This document shows, piece after piece, positions 17,558 to 26,774 of a DNA stretch of 64,000 bases. Numbering within the stretch: position 1 is the stretch's first letter; every line of letters starts with the position of its first letter. The stretch is from Thermoplasmata archaeon. GTDB taxonomy: Archaea > Thermoplasmatota > Thermoplasmata > UBA10834. Location: assembly GCA_029864565.1 (NCBI GenBank), contig JAOTTD010000004.1:6727-70726 (forward strand), read 5' to 3'. The notes under the pieces were generated by a model. The model saw nothing but the letters and a program-made list of their open reading frames with translations. It did no database searches and was not told where the DNA came from. Position numbers and translations under genes: made by a program.

Positions 17558-18676
17558 TCACTTTGCGCAGATGGCCTTCCTGTGGAACGTGAATGTCCTC
17601 TTCACCTCGAAGCCGACTTTCCTGTAGACTTCCATAGCACTGTGCTTGTTCTCGACTTCGGTATCCACCAAAACTTCGTCGATACCCAGATCTCGCACCT
17701 GGGCCAAGCCCCTCGTAAGCAGCGCGCTGGCTATACCCTTATGCCGCCATCTTTCAACAACACAGACAACCCACGCATGGGCAACCTTCCTGCATGTCCG
17801 CTGAATTTCCTCGTCGTTGACTAGCATCTCCACAATGCCGACAGGGTCGTCGCCATCCCATGCGACCTTGATCAATTCGGGCCTGAAAGTGGACGATCTA
17901 ATCCAGTTGCGATAAGCCTCCTCGCTCCATGTGTACTGATTGAACCACGACTCGCCCAGGAAGCATTCCCTGTAGAGCTCCCATAATTCGTGGTATTCGT
18001 CCTCTTGAGGAGGCCTGACTTCTATCCCCTCAGCCAAGCTGCTGATTGCCACCTCGGATAATCTCTCGTGGGTCATCTCGAGCAGGTGCCAGACAGAGGC
18101 ATAACCCATCGTGTCAACGATGCGCTTCCAGTCGTTCGGCTCATCGTACGTCCAGACCTGCAGGTATTTCTCGTCTGCGAAGTCATGCCTGGAGGATATC
18201 TCCTCAAGGCGTTTTTCGTTATCGTGAAACAGCGCTTCTCGGATTCCCCTGCCCCTCCAAGCAGGAAGGAGATGGACAGAATGAGCGTACACCTTTACCC
18301 TGTCAACCTCGTTGTCCCAGGCTATCTGAGAGTATCCGACCGTGCTCTCGTTGACTTCGACAAAGACTATGTCTAAGCGCGGGTCTCTGCCTTTCACCGC
18401 TGAAAACCGCGCCCTTATCTCCTCTTCAGACTCTACCCAAACGACACCGTCCGCCTTCCAGCTAAGCTGGCTTATTTCAGACATCTTCTGGAAATCTGAA
18501 TCGTCAACGAATGCCCTAAACCGCAGACCCTCCACATTCGGAGTGTCCATCTTGACCGCTATCTCACTTCCTTCATTCAAATTATCCTCATCCAACCGTC
18601 GGTCCAAGTCACTTCGAGCTATCTTGCACGTAAGCGCCTTCTCATATACGAAGTTCGCCCACGCGGCTTCGGTCAA
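17558..18676 (-). CDS. Two-domain GNAT-family N-acetyltransferase (MshD-like architecture)
   Basis: Two acetyl-CoA motif A-like segments: LPAWRGRGIREALF and VERWRHKGIASALL. Confidence 0.75.
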   Translation of the reverse strand: MTEAAWANFVYEKALTCKIARSDLDRRLDEDNLNEGSEIAVKMDTPNVEGLRFRAFVDDSDFQKMSEISQLSWKADGVVWVESEEEIRARFSAVKGRDPRLDIVFVEVNESTVGYSQIAWDNEVDRVKVYAHSVHLLPAWRGRGIREALFHDNEKRLEEISSRHDFADEKYLQVWTYDEPNDWKRIVDTMGYASVWHLLEMTHERLSEVAISSLAEGIEVRPPQEDEYHELWELYRECFLGESWFNQYTWSEEAYRNWIRSSTFRPELIKVAWDGDDPVGIVEMLVNDEEIQRTCRKVAHAWVVCVVERWRHKGIASALLTRGLAQVRDLGIDEVLVDTEVENKHSAMEVYRKVGFEVKRTFTFHRKAICAK

Positions 18677-18686
18677 TAGGCATCCT

Positions 18687-18710
18687 CTGGGAATTTGCCA
18701 TAGAGGAGGA
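18687..18710 (+). repeat. Degenerate motif copy (CTGGGAATTTGCCATAGAGGAGGA)
   Basis: About 17/24 match to the consensus CTGAGAAAAGGCCATAGGGGCGGA. It is the last copy I can find. Confidence 0.4.
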
Positions 18711-18825
18711 TTAGCGATTCTTCCCTTCTGCCTATGTCAGAAGAAGTAAGTCCGGTGCGAGCGTTCTGCCTGGGATCTCTTCGGATGCAATCGGAGCGAG
18801 GAGGAAAAGGCCTATCCTCCAAATG

Positions 18826-19026
18826 TCATCTGAACAGCCTCCGAACTCCCACGCAGTATGACGCCATCACGATTGCCCCCCATATCAATGCGGCATAGAA
18901 AAGGAAGCCGGCCAACGGCAACAGCAGATAGTACTTGAATCCGGAGGACCGCCTCTTGAAACCATCCTTTCTGAGAGGCATCCCAGATTCAATCTTCGCG
19001 TAGCTGAGAGTCCAACGATGAGTCAT
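18826..19026 (-). CDS. Possible small membrane protein
   Basis: 66 aa with one long hydrophobic stretch (YYLLLPLAGFLFYAALIWGAIVMASY). No other support. Confidence 0.25.
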   Translation of the reverse strand: MTHRWTLSYAKIESGMPLRKDGFKRRSSGFKYYLLLPLAGFLFYAALIWGAIVMASYCVGVRRLFR

Positions 19027-19218
19027 CGAACCACCAAATGACGATTCTTCTATTCGATATAAATTCCTGCTGCAGGAATCCCGTCACGGCGGACTCCGGC
19101 AAACAGTCCGCCAAAAGAGACTTGTATAGCGATGTTGATGTCGCGCCGTCAGGTTGCGGTTAGAGGCGTTTTCTATCACGCTGCACTGAGGGAATAATGG
19201 GCCTATCGACGCCCGTTA

Positions 19219-19926
19219 ATGAAGCGCTCGGACGGCGAGAGCATGGTTCAGAAAGGGGACATCAGGCAAGAGGAAGTCGAGCGGAAGCTGAAACTTGAGT
19301 ATCTCTACGGCGAGAGGGATCGCACGAGAAGACTCCTCGATGATTTGCACACGCTCATTGCTCATATGAACGATCCCAAACTCCATACGAAGGCGTTGCT
19401 GCAAGAAGCTGCTGATGTAATACACAAGGACCTTTGGATAAGGGAAGTCACAATAGGATTGAGGAGCCCTTCGGACAGCAAGTACAGGTACGTTGTAATG
19501 TCTGGGCTTCGCCCAGAAGCGTGGCGGGCGCATGAAGTGATTGAGTACACGCACGAGGAATTCAACGACCCAAGTTTATTCAACGGCAGATGGATAAGCG
19601 AATGCACGAAGGTCTTCCTGGCTGAGGACGAGCCGTTCCTGGAGGGCGAGGAGGAAACCTTCAACCGTCCCATCCTCCTGAAAGCCCGTCGCCGAACGCC
19701 TGACGACTGCATAGAAGGCGATTACCTGGACGTGAACATCACCGCAGAAAACGGGAATTTGGTCGGATGGATCGAAATATCCGGAACGAGAGAAGGCAAG
19801 TTCCCTGATGCGATCTCCATTAGATGGCTTGAACTGATCGCGTCGCTGCTCGCAATCGCATTGCAGCGGGACCGAGAGGGTGAGCCAAAAAGGAAGGTCC
19901 GAGCCATCGACGAGCGCTCTGGCTGA
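19219..19926 (+). CDS. Hypothetical protein, possibly GAF-like sensor fold
   Basis: N-terminal coiled segment, then an alpha/beta region ending GNLVGWIEISGTREGKFPDAISIRWLELIASLLAIAL, which resembles a GAF C-terminus. Weak call. Confidence 0.35.
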   Translation: MKRSDGESMVQKGDIRQEEVERKLKLEYLYGERDRTRRLLDDLHTLIAHMNDPKLHTKALLQEAADVIHKDLWIREVTIGLRSPSDSKYRYVVMSGLRPEAWRAHEVIEYTHEEFNDPSLFNGRWISECTKVFLAEDEPFLEGEEETFNRPILLKARRRTPDDCIEGDYLDVNITAENGNLVGWIEISGTREGKFPDAISIRWLELIASLLAIALQRDREGEPKRKVRAIDERSG

Positions 19927-19935
19927 CCGCCGAGA

Positions 19936-21210
19936 TCAGGGCAATTCGCATGATTCGGAGACGATGCTCTCGCCAGAGCTGCCTAACTTGTTGACGGCGA
20001 CCTTGAGGAGTGTCGGCGCCACCAGGACAGATACCACGCCCATAATGATTATTGCCGAGTACAGAGGTGTGTCAATGATGCCCTCCGTGAGCCCGTATAG
20101 AGCTATGATCATCGCCACCTCTAGCCTCGCGGCCATCCCGAGTCCGACGGATATCGATTCCCTTCGGTTCATGCCGGTCAGCCATGCGGGGATGCCTCCT
20201 CCTATCAGTTTCGACAGCATCGCGACTGCGGCCAGCGCGATTGCGAATATCCACAACTCGGCGGGCAGTCTGATATCGACGAGGATTCCCAGGGAAAGGA
20301 AGAAAATAGGTGCGAAAACCCACTCGAGGAATGCGATACCTTCCATGAACTGCTTTCTGTACTCACACGCCGAGAAGCTTGTGCCAGCTATGAATGCGCC
20401 TACGATAGCAGATATCCCTATCAGCTCGGAAATGAATGCGTAGAGAAATGCGAACGACAGTGCCAGGAGGAACCCGCTCTCCTTCATCCCGCGCGCCATG
20501 CCGATCCTTTCAACCCATCCGATGACGCGAACGACGACCTTCATGCCCAAGTACGACCCCAGCGCTACAAATGCGACAGCCGCGATAGTTATCTGGGCGA
20601 GTCCAGTTACGTCCACCCCTTCGCCGGTGGCAACACCTGCCGTTATCGCGAGTACAACCATCCCCAAGATGTCGTCAACCACAGCCGCGCCGAGTATCGT
20701 CTTCGCCACTTTGGAGCCTATGATACCCATCTCACGCAGGACGCCGGCCGTGATTGCCACGCTCGTAGCCACGAGCGCAGTGCCGATGAAGATGGATTGA
20801 TAGAATCTGCTGTAGTCAGCCCCTGGTTCTGGCAAGAGATACCATGCAAGAAGGTATCCCGCCACCCATGGGAGCGTTATACCGCCAATGGCGATCAATA
20901 TGTTCTTCTTGGTGTAAATCTCCCTGATATCGCATTCGAGACCGATCATGAACAGCATAATGATCGCTCCGAAAGGTGCGAACAATGTTACGAGGTCGCC
21001 CGCGTCCCCCTCTTCAGCTACGACTAGCCCTAGCAGACTCGGGCCTATGATTATGCCAAGGGCTATCTGACCGACGACCTTTGAGAACCCCAACCGCCTG
21101 AATACCATGCTCGACAGCATCGCCAAGGCGAGGAGCAGGGCGAGCTGGAACCACATGCTGCTTATGGTGCTGTCCCACAGTTCCTCGAGCATTGCACTGG
21201 AACGGGTCAT
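19936..21210 (-). CDS. Cation:proton antiporter (CPA2 / Kef-NapA-like Na+/H+ exchanger family)
   Basis: About 12 TM segments. The N-terminal FQLALLLALAMLSSMVFRRLGFSKVVGQIALGIIIGPSLLG is typical of the family. Confidence 0.85.
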   Translation of the reverse strand: MTRSSAMLEELWDSTISSMWFQLALLLALAMLSSMVFRRLGFSKVVGQIALGIIIGPSLLGLVVAEEGDAGDLVTLFAPFGAIIMLFMIGLECDIREIYTKKNILIAIGGITLPWVAGYLLAWYLLPEPGADYSRFYQSIFIGTALVATSVAITAGVLREMGIIGSKVAKTILGAAVVDDILGMVVLAITAGVATGEGVDVTGLAQITIAAVAFVALGSYLGMKVVVRVIGWVERIGMARGMKESGFLLALSFAFLYAFISELIGISAIVGAFIAGTSFSACEYRKQFMEGIAFLEWVFAPIFFLSLGILVDIRLPAELWIFAIALAAVAMLSKLIGGGIPAWLTGMNRRESISVGLGMAARLEVAMIIALYGLTEGIIDTPLYSAIIIMGVVSVLVAPTLLKVAVNKLGSSGESIVSESCELP

Positions 21211-21269
21211 TTCAGGACTAAAGCTTTGCGGTCCTGGCGGTCAGGTGAAGAAGACTACGATTGAAGTCT

Positions 21270-22265
21270 TTATCTCTTCCGCAGCTTGGGGTTGAATATC
21301 TCGTCTAGTGCGTAACCGAGGAACGTGAATGCGAGTACAATCAAGACTATGCACATTCCCGGAACGATTATCCACAGATAGAGGCCATTGAACATGGCCT
21401 CTGCGAGGAACGCATCCTCGAGCATGTTTCCCCAGGTCACCACTGCTTTAGGCGAAGGTCCTAGGCCTATGAAACTCAGTGTGCTCTCCGAGAGGATTGA
21501 GAGCGCTATAGTAAGTATGGAATTGGCGAACACGAGCGGGAAGACATTCGGAAATACATGCTTCCTCACGATGTAGTAGTCGCCCGCTCCAATCGACCTC
21601 GCCCTTTCGATGAACGCGCGTTGCTTCAAAGAGAGTACCTGTGCTCTGACGATTCTTGCTGTGCTCGACCATCCCGTAATCCCAATGACCAGAATCACTT
21701 TCTCGACGCTTGGTCCACCAGGTAGCAAAGTGGCGAATACTATCATCAGTACAAGCCAGGGTATCACGAGGAAGACATCGGTTACCCTCATGAGGATCTC
21801 GTCACGCCAGCCTCCCCAGAACCCGCTCATCAAACCGACGAACGAACCAAGTCCCATCGAGACGACCGTAGCCACGAGTCCGATCTCAAGCGAAACCCTC
21901 GCTCCGTAGATGGTCCGGGCAAGAATGTCGAACCCCCTCCGATCGGTCCCCAGCCAGTGATCGGAGGACGGTGCTGCAGCCATACCCTCCGGTCCTACCA
22001 CGTCAAACGGACCATACGCGGATTCCCATCCTGCGATGGCCTTGAGTATGAGCATCATCTGGGGCGCGAACACCGCCATCGCTACGAACGCCATCAGTAT
22101 CGTCAGGCCCAGCATGCCCATTCGGTTGTGCCTGAAAACCTTCCAGGTCTCGAGGGTCTTCTTCTTCAGAAGAAGGAGCTTCTCCTTTGTTGGCTCCGAT
22201 ATCACTGTATGCACCCCCGAGCGGTTTGAGACATGGTCAACCCCCCATCTTGACCCGTGGGTCAA
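21270..22265 (-). CDS. ABC transporter permease, peptide/nickel type (OppC/DppC-like)
   Basis: Binding-protein-dependent transport inner-membrane component pattern (SLKQRAFIERARSIGAGDYYIVRKHVFPN). Confidence 0.85.
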   Translation of the reverse strand: MTHGSRWGVDHVSNRSGVHTVISEPTKEKLLLLKKKTLETWKVFRHNRMGMLGLTILMAFVAMAVFAPQMMLILKAIAGWESAYGPFDVVGPEGMAAAPSSDHWLGTDRRGFDILARTIYGARVSLEIGLVATVVSMGLGSFVGLMSGFWGGWRDEILMRVTDVFLVIPWLVLMIVFATLLPGGPSVEKVILVIGITGWSSTARIVRAQVLSLKQRAFIERARSIGAGDYYIVRKHVFPNVFPLVFANSILTIALSILSESTLSFIGLGPSPKAVVTWGNMLEDAFLAEAMFNGLYLWIIVPGMCIVLIVLAFTFLGYALDEIFNPKLRKR

Positions 22266-23223
22266 GGGACACCATTAGGATATCTGCTATGAGGTTGGCG
22301 AGAATCACGGCAACCGCAATGAGGAAGAACGCCGCCTGAAGGATCGGGTAGTTCTTCACGTACGTAGCTTCAACGGTCTCCCACCCGATACCCGGATAAT
22401 TGAAGACGACCTCTGTCTGAAATGCTCCCCCAACGACGAACGCGATATCGATTGCTATCAGTGCCACCATGGGAAGCATCGCATTCGGCACGGCGTGGTT
22501 CTTGAGCATCTGCGTCTCAGATAGTCCTTTTGCCCTCGCCGTTGTGATGAATTCCTCGGTCATGACGTCGACAAGCGACCCCCTCATGATCAGGGAAAAC
22601 GCGGCAATGCTACCTATCGTCAGGCTTGTCGCCGGGAGGATTAGATGGTGGACAAGGTCGCGGAAACCGTCCCAGCTGAACTCCAGCGTGTTGCCATATG
22701 TCAATGCGCTATCGGGCGGGAACCATTTCAGCTCTGTCGAGAATATGGCAATAAGCATCATGGCGAACCAGAAGGTAGGCATCGCGTAGAAGAAAAGTGA
22801 GAACGCGAGGGAACCGGTATCGAACCGACCGCCTCGACGCCAGGCAGCTATGACGCCGACTGTTACGCCAATCAGAATCATGAATATCGACGAAGTCCCT
22901 GTCAGTATCAATGTCCATTTGAGCTTCTCTAACACGATTTCGAGCGCTGGAGTCCCTAACTCCGTGAAGGAATCACCGAATTCAAGGAATAGGGTGTTCT
23001 TCATGTATGTGAAGAATTGGAGATAAAGAGGTTGGTCCAGCCCGAAGTCCTCAATCATCTGCGCGATGTGATCATCCGTTATCTTGGGGTCGTTGGGTAT
23101 GATGAGCCTGACAGGGTCTCCAGGCATCATCCTGAACAGCACGAAATTGAGGATAATCACAAGGAAGAGGGTTATCAGAGAGTTGATGATCTTCCTCATT
23201 ATGGCACGTCTTGAGCTCCTCAC
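22237..23223 (-). CDS. ABC transporter permease, peptide/nickel type (OppB/DppB-like)
   Basis: N-terminal IINSLITLFLVIILNFVLFRMMPGDPV and the EAA-type loop FITTARAKGLSETQMLKNHAVPNA. Confidence 0.85.
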   Translation of the reverse strand: MRSSRRAIMRKIINSLITLFLVIILNFVLFRMMPGDPVRLIIPNDPKITDDHIAQMIEDFGLDQPLYLQFFTYMKNTLFLEFGDSFTELGTPALEIVLEKLKWTLILTGTSSIFMILIGVTVGVIAAWRRGGRFDTGSLAFSLFFYAMPTFWFAMMLIAIFSTELKWFPPDSALTYGNTLEFSWDGFRDLVHHLILPATSLTIGSIAAFSLIMRGSLVDVMTEEFITTARAKGLSETQMLKNHAVPNAMLPMVALIAIDIAFVVGGAFQTEVVFNYPGIGWETVEATYVKNYPILQAAFFLIAVAVILANLIADILMVSLDPRVKMGG

Positions 23224-23397
23224 TCGCCCACCTCCTGCATTTCAGTACATGCTCATACGATGCTCTTATTGTCAGTGACTCCGCCCATAGCTCCACCATC
23301 GGACTCCGGCAACGCTCCAGAGCCAGACACGACGCGCTCCACGAGAATGGGTTTCGAGAAGGGGTTTCACGAATCACGCTTCCTAAGGAGAGGGACT

Positions 23398-26028
23398 CTA
23401 TGAGCCTTCCTCTGGAGGAGGGGAGTCGTCATCGCCGCTTCGCTTCCGCTTCTTGATGACCGTCATCACTACCGCGGCGACCATTGCCAGTGCAATCACG
23501 CCCAAGGCAACGGCCACGATGGTACCCAATCCACCGGTTTCCGTGCTCTCCATTGTCAATGTCACGTTGAGAGTGGTGGTCCCGCCGAGGACGATCACTG
23601 CAGTCGTTCGGTTCGCCTCATAGCCCGCCATCGATGTATTGACGAATACGGTGCCGGCGGCAAGCTTCGTCAGCAAGTAGTACCCGGTCTCATTCGTGAT
23701 CGTCATCTTGGTCCCGACTTTGACCGATGCACCGCTTATTCCTTCTCCGGTCTCATCGTCGAGAACCCACCCCTGGAGGTTTCCCGTGGTAGATGCCAGA
23801 GTGAAGTTCTGCCACGTAATCGTAACGGTTTCGACGGTCACATCCTCCGATGACGCGGCATATCCGCTCGCGCTCGCAGTGACCTCATACTCACCTGGCT
23901 CGAGCGACATGTTGTACTTGCCCTGGGAATCAGTCGCACTCGTCTTGCCCCCCGCAGTGATGGTTGCCGCAGCTATCGGTGCCTCTGAAGACGTCTTAAC
24001 GTAGCCGCTGACCCATCCCGCCGTCTCCGACACCTCTGTGACTGTCATGACAAGAGAGTCCGACGCCGAGAGTCCCCCTGAGTCCGTAACGGTCAGCGTT
24101 ACAGTGACCTCACCAGGGTTCAAGAAGGTGTATGTCACCGATTCCTGTTTGTACTCGCTCTCAGTTTCGTCAGGCTCGACGAAGGTCCACACATATGTCA
24201 AAATGTCGCCTGTATTCGGGTCCGATGCCAAGGCAGAGCCAGTGAACTCCATTGACTGCCCGCAATCGATGTCCTGGTCTGGGCCTAGGTCCACCTCCGG
24301 CTGAAGGTTCATGTCCTCGCCGTACGGAAGCACGTCGAAGAAGAACCACATCGTTCCGGGTGTGGAACCTGGGTTCGCTTCCATATCGGGATAGTTGTAG
24401 AACGTATCAGTCCGGTAGGCGTATAGACCTGAGGGGTACCAGAGGACGATATACGGACAGTCCACGTAGAGGATCCTCTGCATGTCATGTATAATCGTCT
24501 GTCGATCAGCCAAGTCGACTGCGTTCTGCTGATCGATGTACATCTGATCATACACTGGGTTCGAGTAGTAGCAGTCCGACCACTTCAGGTAGTCCTGCGG
24601 GTAAGTCGGGATCTCGCTGGTGGTCATGACGGAGAGCATGAAGCTCGGGTCCACATCCGCATCCCACCCCCATATGTACATGTCATACGTGCATCCGAAC
24701 CATGCGTTCGTAAGCTGTGATTCCTGCAGTCCAACCGGCGGGGCGTTTATCCCAACTTCCCAGAGCCAGTCGGATATCTTCTCCGCCGCCAGCTCCTCGG
24801 CGAGCACATTCTGCCTGTAGTTGAATACGAAGGTCAGTTCGACTTCTGAACTCGTATTCTCCCTTATGTCGTCCCCGTCGATGTCCTCGTACCCAGCAGC
24901 GGTCAGAAGGTCGCGAGCGCCTTGAAGGTTAAAGCCCCAGTCCTCCTCCGGTGGGACGTAATAATGCCAGAACGGCGTGGCCGTCGGGATCAACGAGGTC
25001 CCAGCATCGGCGTAGCCCCCCATGCAAGTCTTGACAAGCTCTGTCGTGTTGACACACATAGCGATGGCCTGTCGCACTGCTAGGTTGGTTGTCTCAAGGT
25101 TATCGCTGGCTTTCGGGAAAGCCTCTCTCCACTCGGCTGACGCACAGTTTATGCCCAGCTCGTAGAGCGAGAGCTGTGGGACAACCTGGCCATCGATGTT
25201 CGGGGCGGAGATGGTGTTCACCCACGAGCTCGGCAGTATGCCCATCGCGACATCGATGTACTCCGATCTCAGCGCTGTTGCCATCTGCTCCGATGTCTCA
25301 TATATCTTGTAGAGAACCTCATCAACGTTCACGACATCGATGAAGTACTTGTCCCATTTCAGCATCCTCACGAAATCATCCTGGACAAAACCATCAAGGA
25401 CGAGTGGGCCCGAGCCGACCGGGCCGGTCGGGAAATACGTGGAGTCCTTCCAGTAATCGACCTGCTTCAGCTGGTTTGCAGGGATGTCCGCCCATATGTG
25501 CTTCGGAAGGATCGGCACCATTATGCTCAGCATGGTGGCCTTGGCCTTTGTCGTTGTTATCCTGAGCTGATAGTCGGAGAGAGCGACGACCTCCTCGAAG
25601 TCGGTGAGATAGCCGGACCACAGCGAACAGGCATTCTCGTTATCCAACACGAGGTTGTAGGTGAAGTTGATGTCCTCAGCCGTGAGTGCCACACCATCGT
25701 GCCAGACCGCATCGTGAGTGATGTTGTAGTACCATACCTTTCCATCCTCACTGTGATACCATGACTGAGCGAGCTGTTTGTCCGCGCTGAAATCGGTCTC
25801 CACCGAATTCAGGGTGTCGTACATCAGAAACAGGATCGTGTACGAGAAGCCCAGAATCATCGAGAACGGGTTCAAGGTGTCAGGCCCCTGTAACACGCCT
25901 ATCGTCATAGTAACTTCAACTGCAGCTTCCGCATTTCCTGGCGCCAACATCACCGGCACGGCAATCGACACGAGAAGCATTATCGCAACCACCGCTAGTG
26001 CTATAGATTTCCGGACGCTCACAATCAT
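23398..26028 (-). CDS. ABC transporter substrate-binding protein (family 5, peptide/nickel) with a C-terminal extension and TM anchor
   Basis: SBP_bac_5-like core (YDTLNSV...LAQSWYHSEDGKVWYYNITHDAVWHDG). The extension holds a PKD-like module (LTYVWTF...VTVTLTVTDSGG), two carboxypeptidase-regulatory-like beta-sandwich modules (DSQGKYNMSLEPGEYEVTASASGY; NETGYYLLTKLAAGTVFVNTSMAGY) and a C-terminal TM plus KKRKR tail. Confidence 0.85.
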   Translation of the reverse strand: MIVSVRKSIALAVVAIMLLVSIAVPVMLAPGNAEAAVEVTMTIGVLQGPDTLNPFSMILGFSYTILFLMYDTLNSVETDFSADKQLAQSWYHSEDGKVWYYNITHDAVWHDGVALTAEDINFTYNLVLDNENACSLWSGYLTDFEEVVALSDYQLRITTTKAKATMLSIMVPILPKHIWADIPANQLKQVDYWKDSTYFPTGPVGSGPLVLDGFVQDDFVRMLKWDKYFIDVVNVDEVLYKIYETSEQMATALRSEYIDVAMGILPSSWVNTISAPNIDGQVVPQLSLYELGINCASAEWREAFPKASDNLETTNLAVRQAIAMCVNTTELVKTCMGGYADAGTSLIPTATPFWHYYVPPEEDWGFNLQGARDLLTAAGYEDIDGDDIRENTSSEVELTFVFNYRQNVLAEELAAEKISDWLWEVGINAPPVGLQESQLTNAWFGCTYDMYIWGWDADVDPSFMLSVMTTSEIPTYPQDYLKWSDCYYSNPVYDQMYIDQQNAVDLADRQTIIHDMQRILYVDCPYIVLWYPSGLYAYRTDTFYNYPDMEANPGSTPGTMWFFFDVLPYGEDMNLQPEVDLGPDQDIDCGQSMEFTGSALASDPNTGDILTYVWTFVEPDETESEYKQESVTYTFLNPGEVTVTLTVTDSGGLSASDSLVMTVTEVSETAGWVSGYVKTSSEAPIAAATITAGGKTSATDSQGKYNMSLEPGEYEVTASASGYAASSEDVTVETVTITWQNFTLASTTGNLQGWVLDDETGEGISGASVKVGTKMTITNETGYYLLTKLAAGTVFVNTSMAGYEANRTTAVIVLGGTTTLNVTLTMESTETGGLGTIVAVALGVIALAMVAAVVMTVIKKRKRSGDDDSPPPEEGS

Positions 26029-26243
26029 TTCAAATCACTCCTGGTGACATTCATCATATGTGATAGTCACAAGCCCTGCTAGAAGGCTCTCCCTCCCCGG
26101 CTAAGGACTGGAACTTGCGGTATGCTATATTAACGTAACCATGGCGAAGGCCCCCCCATTCGCAAAATCGTACCCCCTTGTCGATTATCGCTTGCGCGAG
26201 GAGCGCGCTCACCTGCAATCGGCCGCGACTGGCCGCAAACCTC

Positions 26244-26250
26244 TTTTATA
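26244..26250 (+). promoter_or_regulatory. TATA-box-like element (TTTTATA) for the SRP RNA gene
   Basis: Ends about 24 nt upstream of the predicted first nucleotide of the SRP RNA, which is the usual archaeal TATA-to-start spacing. Confidence 0.5.
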
Positions 26251-26273
26251 CCTCGCTTTGCATAAGCGAGAAC

Positions 26274-26583
26274 TGCTAGGCTCGACCGGGACGTTCGGCG
26301 TGTCCTTATACACCAAAATCGTCGACAGTGGGGGTGACAGCTGGGGACGTCGTAACCGAGTCTGCGTAGGTCCAGGTATCGACAATGAGGCCTTGTCCAA
26401 GGGGGTTGAAGGTGGCTCTGTGTCCAGCTGGAGGGCGGGACTCTCTGACTTTGTCGCGGGGATCGGGTCAGGCCCTGACGGGAACAGCCTTACCGCGAAC
26501 TCTCAACGCTCCTAGGGTAGCGGGGCCGAGAAGATATCTGGGCTGCCTGCGTGAACGAGGCCGGCAACTCCAGTGGCCTAGCA
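26274..26583 (+). ncRNA. Signal recognition particle RNA (7S / SRP RNA), ~310 nt
   Basis: The 5' TGCTAGGC pairs with the 3' GCCTAGCA. The 5' segment GCTAGGCTCGACCGGGACGTTCGGCG resembles archaeal 7S 5' ends as I recall them. A helix-8-like segment GGGTCAGGCCCTGACGGGAACAGCC compares with the bacterial GGTCAGGTCCGGAAGGAAGCAGCC. No credible ORF, and a TATA lies upstream. Ends are accurate to about +/-5 nt. Confidence 0.75.
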
Positions 26584-26774
26584 CATTTCACTTCTCTTCC
26601 GCAATCCTTGTGACAGGGAAAAGAGAGTCGAGCACGGTGGAGGCAGCAGCGTGACAGCCCCCTTTTACTAGCTGAACCTACCCGAGCGTTTAGGCGCCCT
26701 CTCGGATTGGTTGCCAACCGCTGATTTGCCGTGTTTCTCGCTCCCTTCTATAACTCAGGTAGAAGGCGCCGCGT

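Noticed and set aside
11640-18710. The dispersed repeats behind tRNA-Ala, considered as a CRISPR array
   Set aside because: The repeat units are of two different kinds (about 100 nt and about 25 nt). They are spaced 0.7-2.4 kb apart with whole genes in between, and no cas genes are present. This is not CRISPR geometry.
26045-26060. A 16-mer, TGACATTCATCATATG, upstream of the ABC binding-protein gene matches TGACATTCATAATATG at 42078-42093 (RHH promoter) at 15 of 16 positions
   Set aside because: A back-of-envelope estimate says many 15/16 matches are expected by chance among all position pairs in 64 kb. Even restricted to intergenic DNA the match is only marginal. It is kept as a note, not a claim.
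26141-26717. Several 60-124-aa ORFs on both strands in the 26.1-26.7 kb gap
   Set aside because: The region is explained better by the SRP RNA gene, which has terminal pairing, a helix-8-like motif and an upstream TATA. The ORFs are Arg/Gly/Pro-rich and mutually overlapping.
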